Assembly (NCBI RefSeq): GCF_009914755.1
Contig: NC_060936.1
DNA from: the human T2T-CHM13v2.0 reference genome, Homo sapiens
Length of the DNA: 64,000 nucleotides
Direction: 5' to 3' (one strand)
Shown here: piece by piece, positions 32,461 to 54,099 of the stretch
How positions within the stretch are numbered: the first letter of the stretch is position 1
How the letters are laid out: each line of letters begins with the position of its first letter
Notes under the pieces: generated by a model
Database searches by the model: none
Seen by the model: only the letters and a program-made list of their open reading frames with translations
What the model was told of the DNA's origin: nothing
Program-made: the position numbers and the translations under genes

Positions 32461-32491
32461 CTAGGTCTGTTTCCCCGATCGAAAAAAGAAC
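32461..32491 (-). CDS. RILPL2: RILPL2 coding exon 4 (FFFRSGKQT*)
   Basis: Minus-strand ctctctctctccacaccag acceptor; G TTC TTT TTT CGA TCG GGG AAA CAG ACC TAG. Exons sum to 636 nt = 211 aa + stop. Confidence 0.93.
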
Positions 32492-32787
32492 CTGGTGTGG
32501 AGAGAGAGAGGGTTCAGGGTAAGCAGAAGGAACAAAGCAAGGGGCACAGCAACCCCCGTAAAATTTCTAAGTAGCTCTTGCAGCTGTTGACTCAAAAATA
32601 TGTCCAGGCCAGGCATTGTGGCTCACGCCTGTAATCCTATGATTTTGGGAAGCTGAGGCAAGAGGATGAGGATCACTTGATCCCAGGAGTCTCAGACATG
32701 CCTGGGCAGCATAGTGAGACCCCATCTCTAAAAAAAAAAAAAAATTAACCAGGCGTGGTGGCATACACCTGTAATCCCAGCTACTCA

Positions 32788-32886
<99 letters not shown>

Positions 32887-33546
32887 CTATCTCAAAAGAA
32901 AAAGAAAAAGCAAAAAAACCCCAAAAAACCCGGGTGCGGTGGCTCATGCCTGTAATCCCAGCACTTTGGGAGACGGAGGCAGGCAGATCATGAGGTCAGG
33001 AGATCGAGACCATCCTGGCTCACACGGTGAAACCCCGTCTCTACTAAAAATACAAAAAATTAGCCGGGTGTGGTGGCGGGCGCCTGTAGTCCCAGCTGCC
33101 TCGGGAGGCTGAGGCAGGAGAATGGCATAAACCCGGGAGGCGGAGCTTGCAGTGAGCCAAGATGGTGCCACTGCACTCCAGCCTGGGTGACAGATTGAGA
33201 CTCCGTCTCAAAAACAAAAACAAAAAAACACATTCATTCGTTCATTCATTCACTCATTGATTCTAGTAGCTCATTAAGTTTATCTGACCCTGAAAGGGTG
33301 GCCTCACGCTCATTAGCCACTAGCCACATGTCCTCAGGCTAGCTCATGCACAGAACACACATTTCACTTTTGCTCTATTAGGCTCAAACTCCAATTAGGT
33401 GTCCTAAGCTCCCGTAGAAGGACGCTGAAAGAAACCAGTAGTTTATGCCTTCTGGAAGCCTGATTTGCAACAAGACAGCCAATGAAAGTCCTAAATGAAC
33501 ACCTTCACTTCGGACACCTGGGTGGAGGTGCTCTTTCATTATCTTA

Positions 33547-34026
<480 letters not shown>

Positions 34027-35176
34027 CTAGAATAAAACCCACAGTCAGCACCAGAAAGAATCCACGTGGCCCTGGGTGACCCAGCCCCTCCCACCTCTCC
34101 AATCCCACCTCCATTCTCTTCCCTGTTCCAGTCACCATGGTCTTCTGTTCTGAAAATTTCTTTTTTTTTTTGAGACAGAGTTTCACTGTGGTTGCCCAGG
34201 CTCAAGTGCAATGGCACGATCTCGGCTCACGGCAACCTCCGCCTACCAGAGTTCAAGCAATTCTCCTGCCTCAGCCTCCTGAGTAGCTGGGATTACAGGC
34301 ATGCGCCACCACGCCCAGCTAATTTTGTATTTTTAGTAGAGATGGGGTTTCTCCATGTTGGCCAGGTTCGTCTCGAACTCTGGGCCTCAGGTGATCTGCC
34401 CGCCTTGGCCTCCCAAAGTGCTGGGATTACAGGCGTGAGCCACTGTGCCTGGCCTGTTCTGGGAATTTCTGTAGCCTGAAGCTCTTACACTTACTGTCCC
34501 GTCTACCAGGAATGCTCTTTTGTTTTGGTGGGAGACGGGATCTTGCTCTGTCATCCAGGCTGGAGTGTAGTGGTGTGACCATGGCCTACTGTAGCCTGGA
34601 CCTCTTGTGCTCAAGAGATCCTCCCAAGTAGCTGGAACTACAGGCACATACCCGGCTAATTTTATTCTTTTTTGTAGAGATGAGGTCTCTACAAAAAAGC
34701 TCTCTATGTTGCCCAGGCTAGTCTCAAACTCTTGGGCTCAAGCGATCCTCTGGCCTTGGCCTCCCAAAGTGCTGGGATTACAGGCATGAGCCACTGCTCC
34801 TGTCCTGGAATGCTCTTCCTTCCGGTCTTTAATGTACTTCAGTGATCAGTTTGAATGTCACCTCCTCACAGAAGCCTTCCAGGACTTCCCAACTCGATTT
34901 TCTTGTGTTTTTTTCCCCACTGCTGTGATAAAAGATAACCCAAATCTAAAGTAGTCCTCTCTCTCCCGTTCTGTCCCCTTATTTGTGATCATAGCACATA
35001 TAGCTATCTGAAATTGTCCTGTTAATATATTTCTTTACCTGTTCACTCTCTGACTCCCTCTACTAGAATGTAAGGTCCACGAGCCAGAGACTTTAGGTTC
35101 TGTTCACTGCTGTATCTTCAGCACCTACAACAGTGCCTGGCACATGGCAGACCCTCAGTAAATATTTGTTGAATGA

Positions 35177-35786
<610 letters not shown>

Positions 35787-36026
35787 TAGCCAGGATGGTC
35801 AGCCAGGATGGTCTCCATATCCTGACCTTGTGATCTGCCCGCCTCGGCCTCCCAAAGTGCTGGGATTACAGGTGTGAGCTACTGCGCCCGGCCTACTGAC
35901 TTGATTTCTGAGAATCTGAATTTTACACAAGCACCTCACTCTTAGTATAAGAGGCAGCATCCGAAGAACTATGGGATCAACCCTGGTGCACAGACATGAG
36001 GGAAGTATTCAGAGGAAAGTGCATAG

Positions 36027-36350
<324 letters not shown>

Positions 36351-36827
36351 TAATTTTTATTTTTATCTATTTATTTTTTTTCAGACACAGTCTCATTCTG
36401 TCGCCCAGGCTGGAGTGCAGTGGTGCGATCTTGGCTCACTGCAACCTCTGCCTCCCAGGTTAAAGCGATTCTCCTGCCTCAGCCTCCCAGGTTAAAGCGA
36501 TTCTCCTGCCTCAGCCTCCCAAGTAGCTGGGACTATAGGTACACGCCACCACACCCAGCTAATTTTTGTATTTTTAGTAGAGACGGGGTTTCTTTTTTTT
36601 TTTTTTTTTTTTTGAGACAGAGTCTTGCTCTGTTGCCCAGGCTGGAGTGCAGTGGTGTGATCTTGGCTCACTGCAACATCCGCCTCCTGGGTTCATGCCA
36701 TTCTCCTGCCTCAGCCTCCTGAGTAGCTGGGATTAAAGGAGCCTGCCACCATGCCTGGCTAATTTTTTTGTATTTTTAGTAGAGACGTGGTTTCACCATG
36801 TTAGCCAGGATGGTCTCGATCTCCTGA

Positions 36828-37244
<417 letters not shown>

Positions 37245-38080
37245 TGATCCTCCCACCTCAGCCTCCCGAAGTGCTGGGTTTACAGGCGTCAGCCACTGCG
37301 CCCGGTCGAGTTTGACTCTTGATTCCATTTCCTGAGCATCACCATGTGCAGCAGGAAACATTCTGGAAAGGTGTTTTCCCTGCCGTAGATTCCATGTAGC
37401 CCAAGATTAGGGGCGAATGCACTTAGGAGGTAAATAGATGCGGCTTCAGGTCTGAGTTCCACCACCACTGACCCGCTGTGTAACCTTTGCAGGTCATTGA
37501 TCCTCTCTGACTCTCAGTTTGCCCGTCTGTAAAACAGATCTCCTGAGTAGATGTTTACTCAGCTCAGTGTCTGGCACATAGCAAATGCTCACTAAGTGGG
37601 AGCTATGTTAAATCTTTTTTTTTTTTTTTTTGAGACAGGGTCTCACTCTGTCGCTCAGACTGGAGTGCAGTGGCACCATCTCGGCTCACCTCAACCTCCG
37701 CCTCCCAAGCTCAAGTGATTCTCCTGCTTCAGCTTCCTGAGTAGCTGAGATTAAGGCGAACGCCACTACCACCCAGCTCATTTTTGTATTTTTTAATAGA
37801 GTCAGGGTTTCACCATGTTGGCCAGGCTGGTCTCGAACTCATGACCTCAAATGATCCACCCACCTCGGAAGTACTGGGATTACAGGTGTAAGCCACTGCA
37901 TCTGGCTTAGCTATGGCGAATCTTAAGGTATGGGGAATTATCTTTCCCTTTCCCCAGTCCTACTTCATCTCATCAAATTAAACCCAACAGCCTCTGAGTA
38001 ATATTGGGAAGAAAACTGCTATTTCCCTGCCCACCATACTGAGCTCACATGAACCACTGCCCCCAGAGGAAGAACCATGA

Positions 38081-38590
<510 letters not shown>

Positions 38591-38752
38591 TGAGATAGGG
38601 TCACGCTCTGTTACCCAGGCTGGAGTGCAGTAGCGTGATAATAGTGATAATAGTTTACTGCAGCCTTGAACTCCTGGGCTTAAGTAATCCTCCAGTCTCA
38701 TCCTCCTGAGTAGCTGGGACCACAGGTGCAGGCCACCACGCCCAGCTAATTT

Positions 38753-38870
<118 letters not shown>

Positions 38871-38884
38871 TCACGAGGAGTTCA

Positions 38885-39111
<227 letters not shown>

Positions 39112-39613
39112 TCATTGACATGGGGTCTCACTTTGTTGCCCAGGCTAGTCTCAAACTCCTGGCTTCAAATGAATCTCTTGCCTCAGCCTCCTGTAATCAC
39201 TGTTGAGATTACAGGTGTGAGCCATTGCACCCAGCCTGGTCAAACATCACAGGGAGGCAGTGGAGTGTAGAAGCCAGACTTCCTTGGGTTCCTGACTTCA
39301 CTATTTACCCTCTGTGAGACCTTGGGCAAGTTACCTTACCTCTCAGTAGCTATTTCTCCATCTGTAAAATAGTATCTACCTTGCAGGGTCACTGTGATGA
39401 TTCGATGAATTAATATATGCCAAGTGCCTAGGCTACTGCCTGGCAGATATCATTATAATACACTGGCATTGAGTTTTCCCATGGGCTGCAGCACCACAAC
39501 CGGGAGAGTAGAGGCCCTCCCTGCCCTGGGCAGCTGGTCAGCCTCTTCTTGCCCCCGACTACTTCCTTGAGTTATTATTTGGCGGAACCGGGGGGCAGCA
39601 AGGTGACACTTAC

Positions 39614-39896
<283 letters not shown>

Positions 39897-40055
39897 TGAA
39901 TAGCTAGGACTACAGGCGCCTGCCACCATGCTCGGCTAATTTTTGTATTTTTAGTAGAGATGGGCTTCACCGTGTTGCCCAGGCTGGTCTCAAACTCTTG
40001 ACCTCAAGTGATCCATCTGCCTCAGACTCCCAAAGTGCTGGGATTACAGGCATGA

Positions 40056-40430
<375 letters not shown>

Positions 40431-40895
40431 TAGCCAGGATGGTCTCAATCTCCTGACCCAGTGATCTGCCCGCCTCAGCCTCCCAAAGTGCTGGGATTAC
40501 AGGTGTGAGCCACCGTGCCTGACCCTCTTGTTTCTTTCTCTTACCTAATTGCATTGGCTACTGCTTCAAGCTTCTCAGTTTTCTAGGAATATGACTGTGT
40601 ATAAATTCTCTAACTTAAGCCTTGGTTTCCTAACCTATAAAATGAGTCTAATAATAGTACCTACCTCAAAGGATTGAGAGATTATCTAAGATGATACATA
40701 GTGCTTAACATTCAACAAATATTTATTAAGCTACCTACTGTGGTTAATAAATATTTTGTCTCTGAACTGTTTTGTCTCTGAACAAAATAGACAAAATATA
40801 TTCTCTCACGTAATTTATATTCCAGTAGGAGAAGGAAACAGTCAATAAAGAAATAAGTAAAATAAAAGTATAAATTGTAAGTCAGATGTTGATAA

Positions 40896-41251
<356 letters not shown>

Positions 41252-41485
41252 TAAATCGGACTTCTGTCACTTGCAACCATAAGAAGACTGACCAAAATGA
41301 AACATTTCAATTACGGCACAGTACAACTCATTACATCCACTTAAGCGTTTTGTTGCAGTGCCCACTGGTAAATTTACCCCCATGGTGTTGTCCCCTTGCT
41401 GTGGACTGAATTGTGTGTTTTAATTTTTTTATTTATTTTATTTTTAAAAATTTTCATTTATTTATTTTTTTGAGACAGAGTCTAG

Positions 41486-41656
<171 letters not shown>

Positions 41657-41767
41657 TAGCCAGGATGGTATCAATCTCCTGACCTCGTGATCCGCCCGCC
41701 TCTGCCTCCCAAAGTGCTGTACAGGCATAAGCCACTGCGCCCGGCCTTATTATTATTTTTTTTTTGA

Positions 41768-41932
<165 letters not shown>

Positions 41933-42191
41933 TAGAGACGGGGTTTCACCATGTTGGCCACGCTGGTTTTGAACTCCTGACGTCAAGTGATCTGCCTGCC
42001 TCAGCCTCCCAAAATGCTGGGATTACAGGTGTGAGCCATCGTGCCTGGCCGAATTGTGTGTCTTTAATAAAAATTCCTGGCCAGGCTCAGTGGCTCACCA
42101 TGTATTTCACAGCACCTTGAGCTGACAAAGATACCTCTTTCAGTGTGAGTGTGAAAGGGCAGGATTCATACTTCTCCCTCCTTCTTCATAA

Positions 42192-42548
<357 letters not shown>

Positions 42549-42664
42549 TAAAAAAAATTTTTTTGAGACAGGGTCTTGATCCATTGCCCAGGCTCATCTT
42601 GAACTCCTAGGCTCAAGTGTTCCTCCTGTCCCAAACTCCCAAAGTGTTGGGATTACAGGCATGA

Positions 42665-42943
<279 letters not shown>

Positions 42944-43689
42944 TGAACTCCTGACCTCAGGTGATCCACCCACGTTGTCCTCCCAAAGTGTTGGGATTAC
43001 AGGTGTGAGCCACCTGCCCAGCTGATATTTTATTATAGATACTTATTATAATAATGATTTAACAAGAAGCATCATCTAAAATTTCCATTTTTCCATGATC
43101 TATTATTACATAAATTAAACTTGGTGACTAAAAACAGTGGTGACATGATCTCCAATGATGACTCTTTCTTTCTTTCTTTTTTTTCTTTTTTTGAGATGGA
43201 GTCTCGCTGTCGCCCAGGCTGGAGTGCAGTGGCGCGATCTCGGCTCACTGCAGGCTCTGCCCCCCGGGGCTCACGCCATCCTCCTGCCTCAGCCTCCCGA
43301 GTAGCTGGGACTACAGGTGCCCGCCACCTCGTCTGGCTAATTTTTTTATATTTTTAGTAGAGACGGGGTTTCACTGTGTTAGCCAGGATGGTCTCGATCT
43401 CCTGACCTCGTGATCTGCCCACCTCGGCCTCCCAAAGTGCTGGGATTACAGGCGTGAGCCACCGCGGCCAGCCGACTCTTTCTTATAATTGGCTTTCTTT
43501 TTTTTTTTTTTTAGATCAGATCTCACTGTGTTGCCCAGGCTGGAGTGCAGTTGCTATTCACGGGTGCAATCACTGCCCACTGAAGCCTCAAATTCCTAGT
43601 CTCGTGGGATCCTCCTGCCTCAGCCTCCCAAGTAGCTGAGACTACAGGCACTGAGACTATAGGTGCACACTGCTGTGCCTGGCTTCTTA

Positions 43690-44100
43690 TGGTTGGCTCT
43701 GTGGTCCACCTGCTAGCCTGAGCTTCTCACTTGGCTGCGTTCAGTGGGCCATTGGCGGAGGGCTGTGCACAGCTGGGGCTGTCAGCAGGTGCGCCCTGGT
43801 TCTCCTTCACATGACCTCTCCATGGGACTTCCCCTTGAGCTTCCTCACAGAATGCTGGTCTCAAGGAAGCATTCTAAGAGCACAGAAACAGAAGAAAGGC
43901 CTCTTACCAACTTAACCCCAGAGGCCTAACAGCGTCACTTCCACCCTGTTCTCACAGTCAAAGCAAGTCACAGAGCCAGCCTACATGCAAAGAGAGGGAA
44001 AACAGAATCCACCTCTTGATGAAAGGAGTGGCAAAGTTTCATTGCAAAAGGTATGCAGGGTGGGAAATACTGCTGTGGCTCTCTTTGGAAGCAACCTACC
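43690..44100. mobile_element. MLT1-family (ERVL-MaLR) LTR remnant
   Basis: cagcgtcacttccaccctgttct...gcaagtcaca...ccacctcttgatg...ggagtggcaaagt pattern typical of old MLT1 LTRs. Confidence 0.55.
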
Positions 44101-44640
44101 ATATTTCCCTGGAATTATACTTTTTTTTTTTTGAGATACAGTCTCGCTCTGTCACCCAGGCTGGAGTGCAGTGACACATCTCAGCTCACTGCAACCTGCG
44201 CCTCCTGGGTACAAGCAATTCTCCTGCCTCAGCCTCCTGAACAGCTGGGACTACAGGTATGAGTCACCACGCCTGGCTAATAATTTTTATATTTTTAATA
44301 GAGACGGAGTTTCACCATGTTGCCCAGGCTGATCTCAAACTCCTGACCTCAGGCAATCTGCCTGCCTCGGCCTCCCAAAGTGCTGGGATTACAGGTGTGA
44401 GCCACCTCAACCAGCTGTAATCAATTTATTATCAGTATATTATCTGTGTGAGTTTGGACCTTCAAATGGATGCAGTTGCTATGAGAACATCTCAGCTGGC
44501 ATGCTGGCTTCTCCACAATATATAACACTAGAGACGAAGCAGAATCCTGCCTCTCTTGGCCTGAGCCAGATGGAAAGTGTGCGTCTCTTGTTCTCTGAGA
44601 ATTCAAAACTAGAAAGAAAGTGTGTGGTTTTGCCCACTAA

Positions 44641-44913
<273 letters not shown>

Positions 44914-45838
44914 TAGCCAGGCTGGTCTCGATCTCCTGACCTTGTGATCCACCCACCTCGGCCTCCCAAAGTGCTGGGATTACAGGCGTGAGCCACCGCG
45001 CCCGGCCCTGAATTACTTACTAAATGAGACAAAGGTCTTTCCATGAACACGGTTCCAACCTCAGCAAAAGGGAGACAATAAATGTGGGTTCTTACAACGC
45101 TTCTGCTGTATTGCTGCTCTCTGAAAGATGCTACATTTAAGGCATTTAAAGAATCATATCACTTGGGCTTTGTTTCATTTTTGATCAGGGTATGTCCTTA
45201 ATTCCAAGCTTTCGTGATCTAAATGCGGCGTGCTAATTACAAGCACAGTCTCTGATGTCACACTGTCTGAGGTCACATCACCACTGTTGCCACCACTGCT
45301 TAAGCAGGTGCCCACCACTCTGGTCCTCAGCTCAGCATAGTGATAACATCACTGCTACTCACAGTCTTGCTGTGAGCACTAATTGAAATGATGCTTGGGA
45401 TACATTTAGCAGACAGAGTGCCTGGCACATGGCGAGTATCAATAAATACTAGCCAACGCGACATTTTTATTGCCCTGGTTTTTCCTTCCTCTACCTATAA
45501 GAAAACATGCTTCGTTTAACTCAGTGTTTCCCAGAATTATTTGACTACAGAGCCCCCTTTTCAAAAAATACCTAAGTAAAGGAAAACATTTTGGGAAATA
45601 GCACAAATGGAAATAGCTACGAGTCTCAACGTGATTATGGCAACAGCTTTTTTATAGCCTCTCTTGCTTGTCCTACAATCTATTTTGTATATGGTACCAC
45701 TGCAGTCTTTTTTAACTTTCCTTATTTTTTTTTAATTTCTTTTTAGAGACAGGGTCTTGCTATGTTGCCCAGGCTGGCCTTGAATCCCTGGGCTCAAGTG
45801 ATCCTCCCGCTTCAGGCTCCCTAAGTGCTGGGATGTAA

Positions 45839-46386
<548 letters not shown>

Positions 46387-46666
46387 TGATCAAAACTTTC
46401 CAATGGCCAGGTGTGGTGGCTCACACCTGTAATCCCAGCACTTTGGGGAGGCTGAGGCAGGTGGATCACTTGAGCCCAAGAGTTTGACACTAACCTGGGC
46501 AACATGGCGAGACCCTGTCTCTACAAAAAATAAGAAAATTAGCTGGGCATGGTGGCATGCACCTGTGGTCTCAGCTACTTGGGTGGCTAAGGTGGGAGAA
46601 TCGCTTGAACCCATGAGACAGAGGTTGCAGTGAGCCAAGATCGCACCACTGGGCGACAGGGTGAGA

Positions 46667-47233
<567 letters not shown>

Positions 47234-47689
47234 CTGGAAGAAAAGACGCAACCTTTGCAAGCAACTCTATATAATTAAATTATTATTATTATTATTATAT
47301 TTTTAGAAGGAGTCTCTGTTGCCCAGGCTGGAGTGCCATGGCACAATCTTGGCTCCCTGCAACTTCGGGCTCCCAGGTTCAAGCGATTCTCCTGCCTGGG
47401 TCACTGGGATTACAGGCGCCCGCCATCACGCCCGGCTAATTTTTGTATTTTTATTAGAGATGGGGTTTTGCCTTGTTGGCCAAGCTGGTCTCAAACTCCT
47501 GACCTCTGGTGATCTGCCTGCCTCGGCCTCCCAAAGTGCTGGGATTACAGGCGTGAGCCACCGCGCCCGGCCTACGCCTGGCTAATTTTGTATTTTCAGT
47601 AGAGATGGAGTTTCGCCATGTTGTCCAGGCTGGTCTTCAACTCCTGGCTTCATGTGATCCGCCTGCCTCAGCCTCTCACCACAGCAGCT

Positions 47690-48115
47690 CTATTTACAGC
47701 AGCCAAGGGGTAGTAGCAGTAACCCAAGTGTCCATGAACAAATGAATAGATAAAGAAAGTATAGTATATGCCTCCAACAGAATATTATTCGGCCTTCAAA
47801 GGCAAGGAAATTCTGACATGTGCCACAACATGAATCAATCTTGAGGACATTGTGCTGAGTGAAATAAGCCAGGCACTTAAGACAAATATATGATTTCACG
47901 ATATGAACAACCTACAATAGGTAGATTCAGAGGGACAGAAAGTAGAAAAGTAGTTACTGGGGGGCCGGGGGAGGGGAAGGAGACGTTGTTACTTAACAGG
48001 TCAGAGTTTCAGTTTTGCAAGATGAAGAGAGTTCTGGAGACGGATGGTGGTGATGGCTGCACAACAGCGTGAATGGACATGCAGCTGAACTGTACACTTA
48101 AAAATAGTTAAGATG
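47690..48115 (+). mobile_element. Old L1M (L1MB-like) 3'-end fragment
   Basis: aacccaagtgtcca...gaggacattgtgctgagtgaaataagccag...gttctggagacggatggtggtgatggctgcacaac...gaactgtacacttaaaa. A related fragment lies at ~59320-59660. Confidence 0.7.
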
Positions 48116-48280
48116 GGCCGGGCGCGGTGGCTCACGCCTGTTATCCCAGCACTTTGGGAGGCCGAGGCGGGCGGATCACCAGGTCAGGAGACAGAGACCA
48201 TCCTGGCTAACGCGGTGAAACCCCGTCTCTACTAAAAAAATACAAAAAAGTTAGCCAGGCGTGGTGGCAGGCGCCTGTAG

Positions 48281-48688
<408 letters not shown>

Positions 48689-49544
48689 TGAACTCTGACC
48701 TCAGGTGACCTGCGCCCACCTCGGCCTCCCAAAGTGCTGGGATTACAGGCATAAGCCACCACGCCCAGCTTTACTACAATTTAAAAAACCAAAAAGGGGT
48801 CAGGAATAGTGGCTCACGCCTGTAACCCCAGAACTCTGGGAGGCTAGAGCGGGTGGATCGTTTGAGCCCAGGAGTTTGAGACCAGCCTGGACAACATGGG
48901 AAACCTCATCTCTAGAAAAAACACAAAAATTAGGTGGCCATAGTAGCACATGCTTATAGTCTCAGCTACTAGGGAGGCTGAGGTGGGAGGATCACCTGAG
49001 CCCAGGGAGGCTGAAACTGCAGTGAGCAGTGTTCAAACCACTGCACGCCAGCCTGGGTGACAAAGTGAGACCCTGTCTCAAAACATACAAAGAAAAAAAA
49101 CAAGGCATATTTTTGTAAACTGTCTAGTGGCACTAAACGTTCATTTTCTTAATTCATGCATTTTCCCTATCCCTGTTCTTAAGGCTGCGGTTTGAGAAGA
49201 AAATATGCCATCTCATCTGCCGCCTGATGAAACTTGTCCACTTTGCCCCATATGGGAAACTACCCAGCCCCTGTGCACACCACGCTGTTCTCGGCTCATA
49301 ATGGGGACTTCCTCCATATCCTTGTGCCCGGAGAGGGAGGCAAAAATAACACAGAATGTGGCTGAGCAATCCCCCGCAAGTCAGTTAACTTTCCTTGACT
49401 CTCAAAAGCCAGGCTACAAGTCATCACACTTAACCATGTCACTTGACAGACACTAAAGTAGAATATTATCTAGAAATACAATTGTCACTATCACTTAGGA
49501 ATAGGTGAAATAAATTACCAGGGGTCAGAGAAGGTATGAGGCAA

Positions 49545-49953
<409 letters not shown>

Positions 49954-50703
49954 TGAGCCACTGCGCCCAGCCTTGGTTTGTATACTTGGTGTTTGTTTGT
50001 TTGTTTTTGAGACAGTCTTGCTCTGTTGCCCCAGCTGGAGTGCAGTGGCACGATCTTGGCTCACTGCAACCTCTGCCACCCGGGTTCAAGTGATTCTTGT
50101 GCCTCAGCCTCCGAGTAGCTGGATTACAAGCGTGTGCCAGCAGGTCCAGCTAATTTTGTATTTTTAGTAGAGACAGGGTTTCACCAGTTTGCCCAGGCTG
50201 GTCCCAAACTCCTGGCCTCAAGCGATCTGCCTGCCTCGACCTCCCAAAGTGTTGGGATTACAGGTGTGAGCCACCGCGCCTGGCCTGGTTTGTATACTTG
50301 TATTCTGGTTCTAGGACTGTGTGTCTGACCTCTCCCACTAGATGTGAGCTTCTTGAGGGCAGGGACCTTGTCTACGTTATCTCCATAGCCCCAGAGCCTA
50401 GCATCAGTCACTGCAGTCACTCATCAAATGTTAGTACAAGTAAGGTCAAATGTCTGTATTTTAGGATGGAGTATTTAGGACTAGCATCTCTGAATTAAGA
50501 TCCTGACTTCACCTCTTAACTTGCCGTGAAGTCCTTAGGTAAATTACTTAACTGTTCTGTGCCTCAGTTTTGTAAAACAATAATAGTCTGAGGATTAAAA
50601 AAGACATCGTCCACTTACAGCAGCTTTTTTGTTTTTCTTTTTTAACTGTGGCTGGAGACCTGCTAGTAGGTCATAAAATTAATGAGTTTCGACAAGAATT
50701 TTA

Positions 50704-50826
<123 letters not shown>

Positions 50827-50937
50827 CTACAAAAATACAAAAATTAGCCAGGTGGTTGGTGTGTGCCTGTAGTCCTAGCTACTGGAGAGGCTGAAGTGGG
50901 AGGACTGCTTGAGCCCAGGAGTTTGAGGCCTCAGTGA

Positions 50938-51280
<343 letters not shown>

Positions 51281-52003
51281 TGAGTCACAGCACCCAGCCA
51301 GATGATTTTTAACATATGTGTAGATCCCTATATCCATACCCTGATTAAGATATGGGACACTTCTAGCTCTCTATCAATTTCCCTTCTTTTCCCCCCACCA
51401 CCAGTTTGCCTTCTATAACTATAAATTATTTTGCCTGTTCATGAATTTTATTTAAATGTACAGTAGGGCTGGGTGCTGTGGCTCAGGCCTGTAATCCCAG
51501 CACTTTGGAAGGCTGAGGTGGGTGGGTCACTTGAGGCCAGGAGTTTGAGACCAGCCTGGCCAACATGGTGAAACCCCGTCTCTACCAAAAAAGAAAAAAA
51601 AAAAAATAGCCACGCGTGGTGGCACACGCTTGCAATCCCAGCTGCTCAGGAGGCTGAGGCAGGAGAATCGCTTGAATCCAGGAGGTGGAGGTTGCAGTGA
51701 GTCGAGGTCACGCCGCTGCACTACAGTCTGAGCAACAGAGCAAGATTCTGACTCAAAAAAAAAAAAAATCTACAGTAGTTTCTCTTTAGTGCCTGGCTTC
51801 TTTCTCTCAATGTTACATCTGTGAGATTCATTCACACTGCTGTGTGTATCAGCACCCCGTTCTTTTTCTCTGTTGCATAGTATTCCATATATCACAATTT
51901 CAAAACTCAATTGGGTTGCATTTAGAGTGTTTCCAGTTTGGCAGCTGAGACTAAAGCTGCTCTGAATCTTCTTGTCTATGTCTTTTTGTGGTCATACGCA
52001 CTA

Positions 52004-52382
<379 letters not shown>

Positions 52383-52599
52383 TCAGCATTAACTGCGAAC
52401 TCGTTAGAAATACAGATTCTGGCCAGGCAGGGTGGCTCACACCTGTAAACCCAGCACTCTAGGAGGCTGAGGCTGGGGGATCACTTGGAGCCAGGAGTTT
52501 GAGACCAGCCTGGGCAACACAGCGAGATCCCATCTCTTAAAAAAAGAAAAAAGAGAAAAGAGAAGAGAAAAGAAAAGGAAGGCGTCTCCCTGCCAGTAG

Positions 52600-53650
52600 G
52601 TGCCCTCCTACGCCCCGCAGGCGCCGTGGGCCCGGAACCCTCGCTCCCACACTCACCTCCCCGCTGGCCGGAGGGCTCTGTCTCCGCAGCCCCTCCACCT
52701 CCTTCCTGAGGTGGTCCCTCTCCATCTTCAGCTCCTCCAGCGCCAGGCTGCCCTCATTCACCAGCGCCTCCAGCATCTCCAGGACGCGGACGACTTTGAA
52801 CTGCAGCTGCGTCACCCGGGGGTCGCTGCCCAGGGCCATAAGCTCGCGGCCCAACAGGTAGGAGATGTCATACACGTCCTCGGCGGTCAGCTGGAAGGGG
52901 CTCTTGCCCAGCGCCCCCTCGGGCCCAACCTCGTCCCTCTCCTCGTCCTCCTCTCCCTCCTCCTCTTCCTCTTCTCGCACAGGGGGCTCCTCCATGGCCA
53001 CCCAGACCCCCGCCGACCTCGGAGCTGCTGTCTTGGAGTCTCCCAAAGGTTAGACTTCCTCCCGGCACCCAAAACTTTCCGCTGGGCAGAGTCCCTACCT
53101 GCCCAATCAGCGCGGCCCGGGGGTGGGCCCGGGGGGATGGTGCAAGGGGCCGCGCACGCGACTCTTGGGCCTGCGCCCCGGCGCACCGTCCCCGCTGCCA
53201 GCCACGCTGGAGAGTGCGCTCCAGGATGTGGTTTGGGGCGCGAAGGGACAACGGAAAAGGAGGCAGCCGAGAAGAGGAACGGGGAAGTTCATGGGTGACG
53301 GCAATCGCCCCAGCCTGGGAACAGTTGCAGCCCCGGGGAGGAGCCGCCCTGAGCCCCGCCCCTGGCGACCGCTGCCGGGAGGTGCGTTTCCGTGGAGACG
53401 GAGTTTCCACCGTGCAATCCAGAGCGGGGTAAAAAGAACGCAACTTTTTCCTTTCCACCCTCGTGCTTTCCAGCCGTAGAATTTGCATCGTAGGTGATGG
53501 AAGATCCGGGTGTCTCTTTGAGGGTGTTTTCTGGAGCCTGCGGCCAAACAGAAAGCAGCTGCTGGGGGCAGCGCGACAGAGTCCCCGAGGCTTGAGGATC
53601 TGGAAAACTCCCAGGCAAATTGTCACTAGGGCCTGGGGCGTCCGACTTCG
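52600..53650 (-). promoter_or_regulatory. RILPL2: CpG island / promoter of RILPL2
   Basis: CpG-rich; CCAAT at 53103-53107; GC box at ~53354-53361; X-box-like near-palindrome at 53386-53399. Boundaries approximate. Confidence 0.8.
52657..52995 (-). CDS. RILPL2: RILPL2 coding exon 1 (MEEPPVREEEEEE...RH1 domain...PPASGE)
   Basis: gtggccATGG Kozak on -; acidic tract then RH1 (LTAEDVYDISYLLGRELM...VVRVLEMLE); GAG|gtgagt donor; 339 nt. Confidence 0.96.
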
Positions 53651-53889
53651 CTGTGACTCTCAATAAAATGGAGAATGTCTGCCCTGCTCACTTCGCTGGG
53701 TCCTCGGCTCCTCCACGTAACCAGCGCTGTCACCTTGGCAAGTTACTTAACGTCTCCGAGCCTCAGTCTCCTCCTCTGTAAAATGGGGACAATAGCGGGA
53801 CCCAGGTGGCAGGGTTGCTGCGAGGAACATGAGCTTATGAGATCATGTGTGCGACACCTCAAGCACTTAGGAAGCACTCACATACGTGA

Positions 53890-54099
<210 letters not shown>

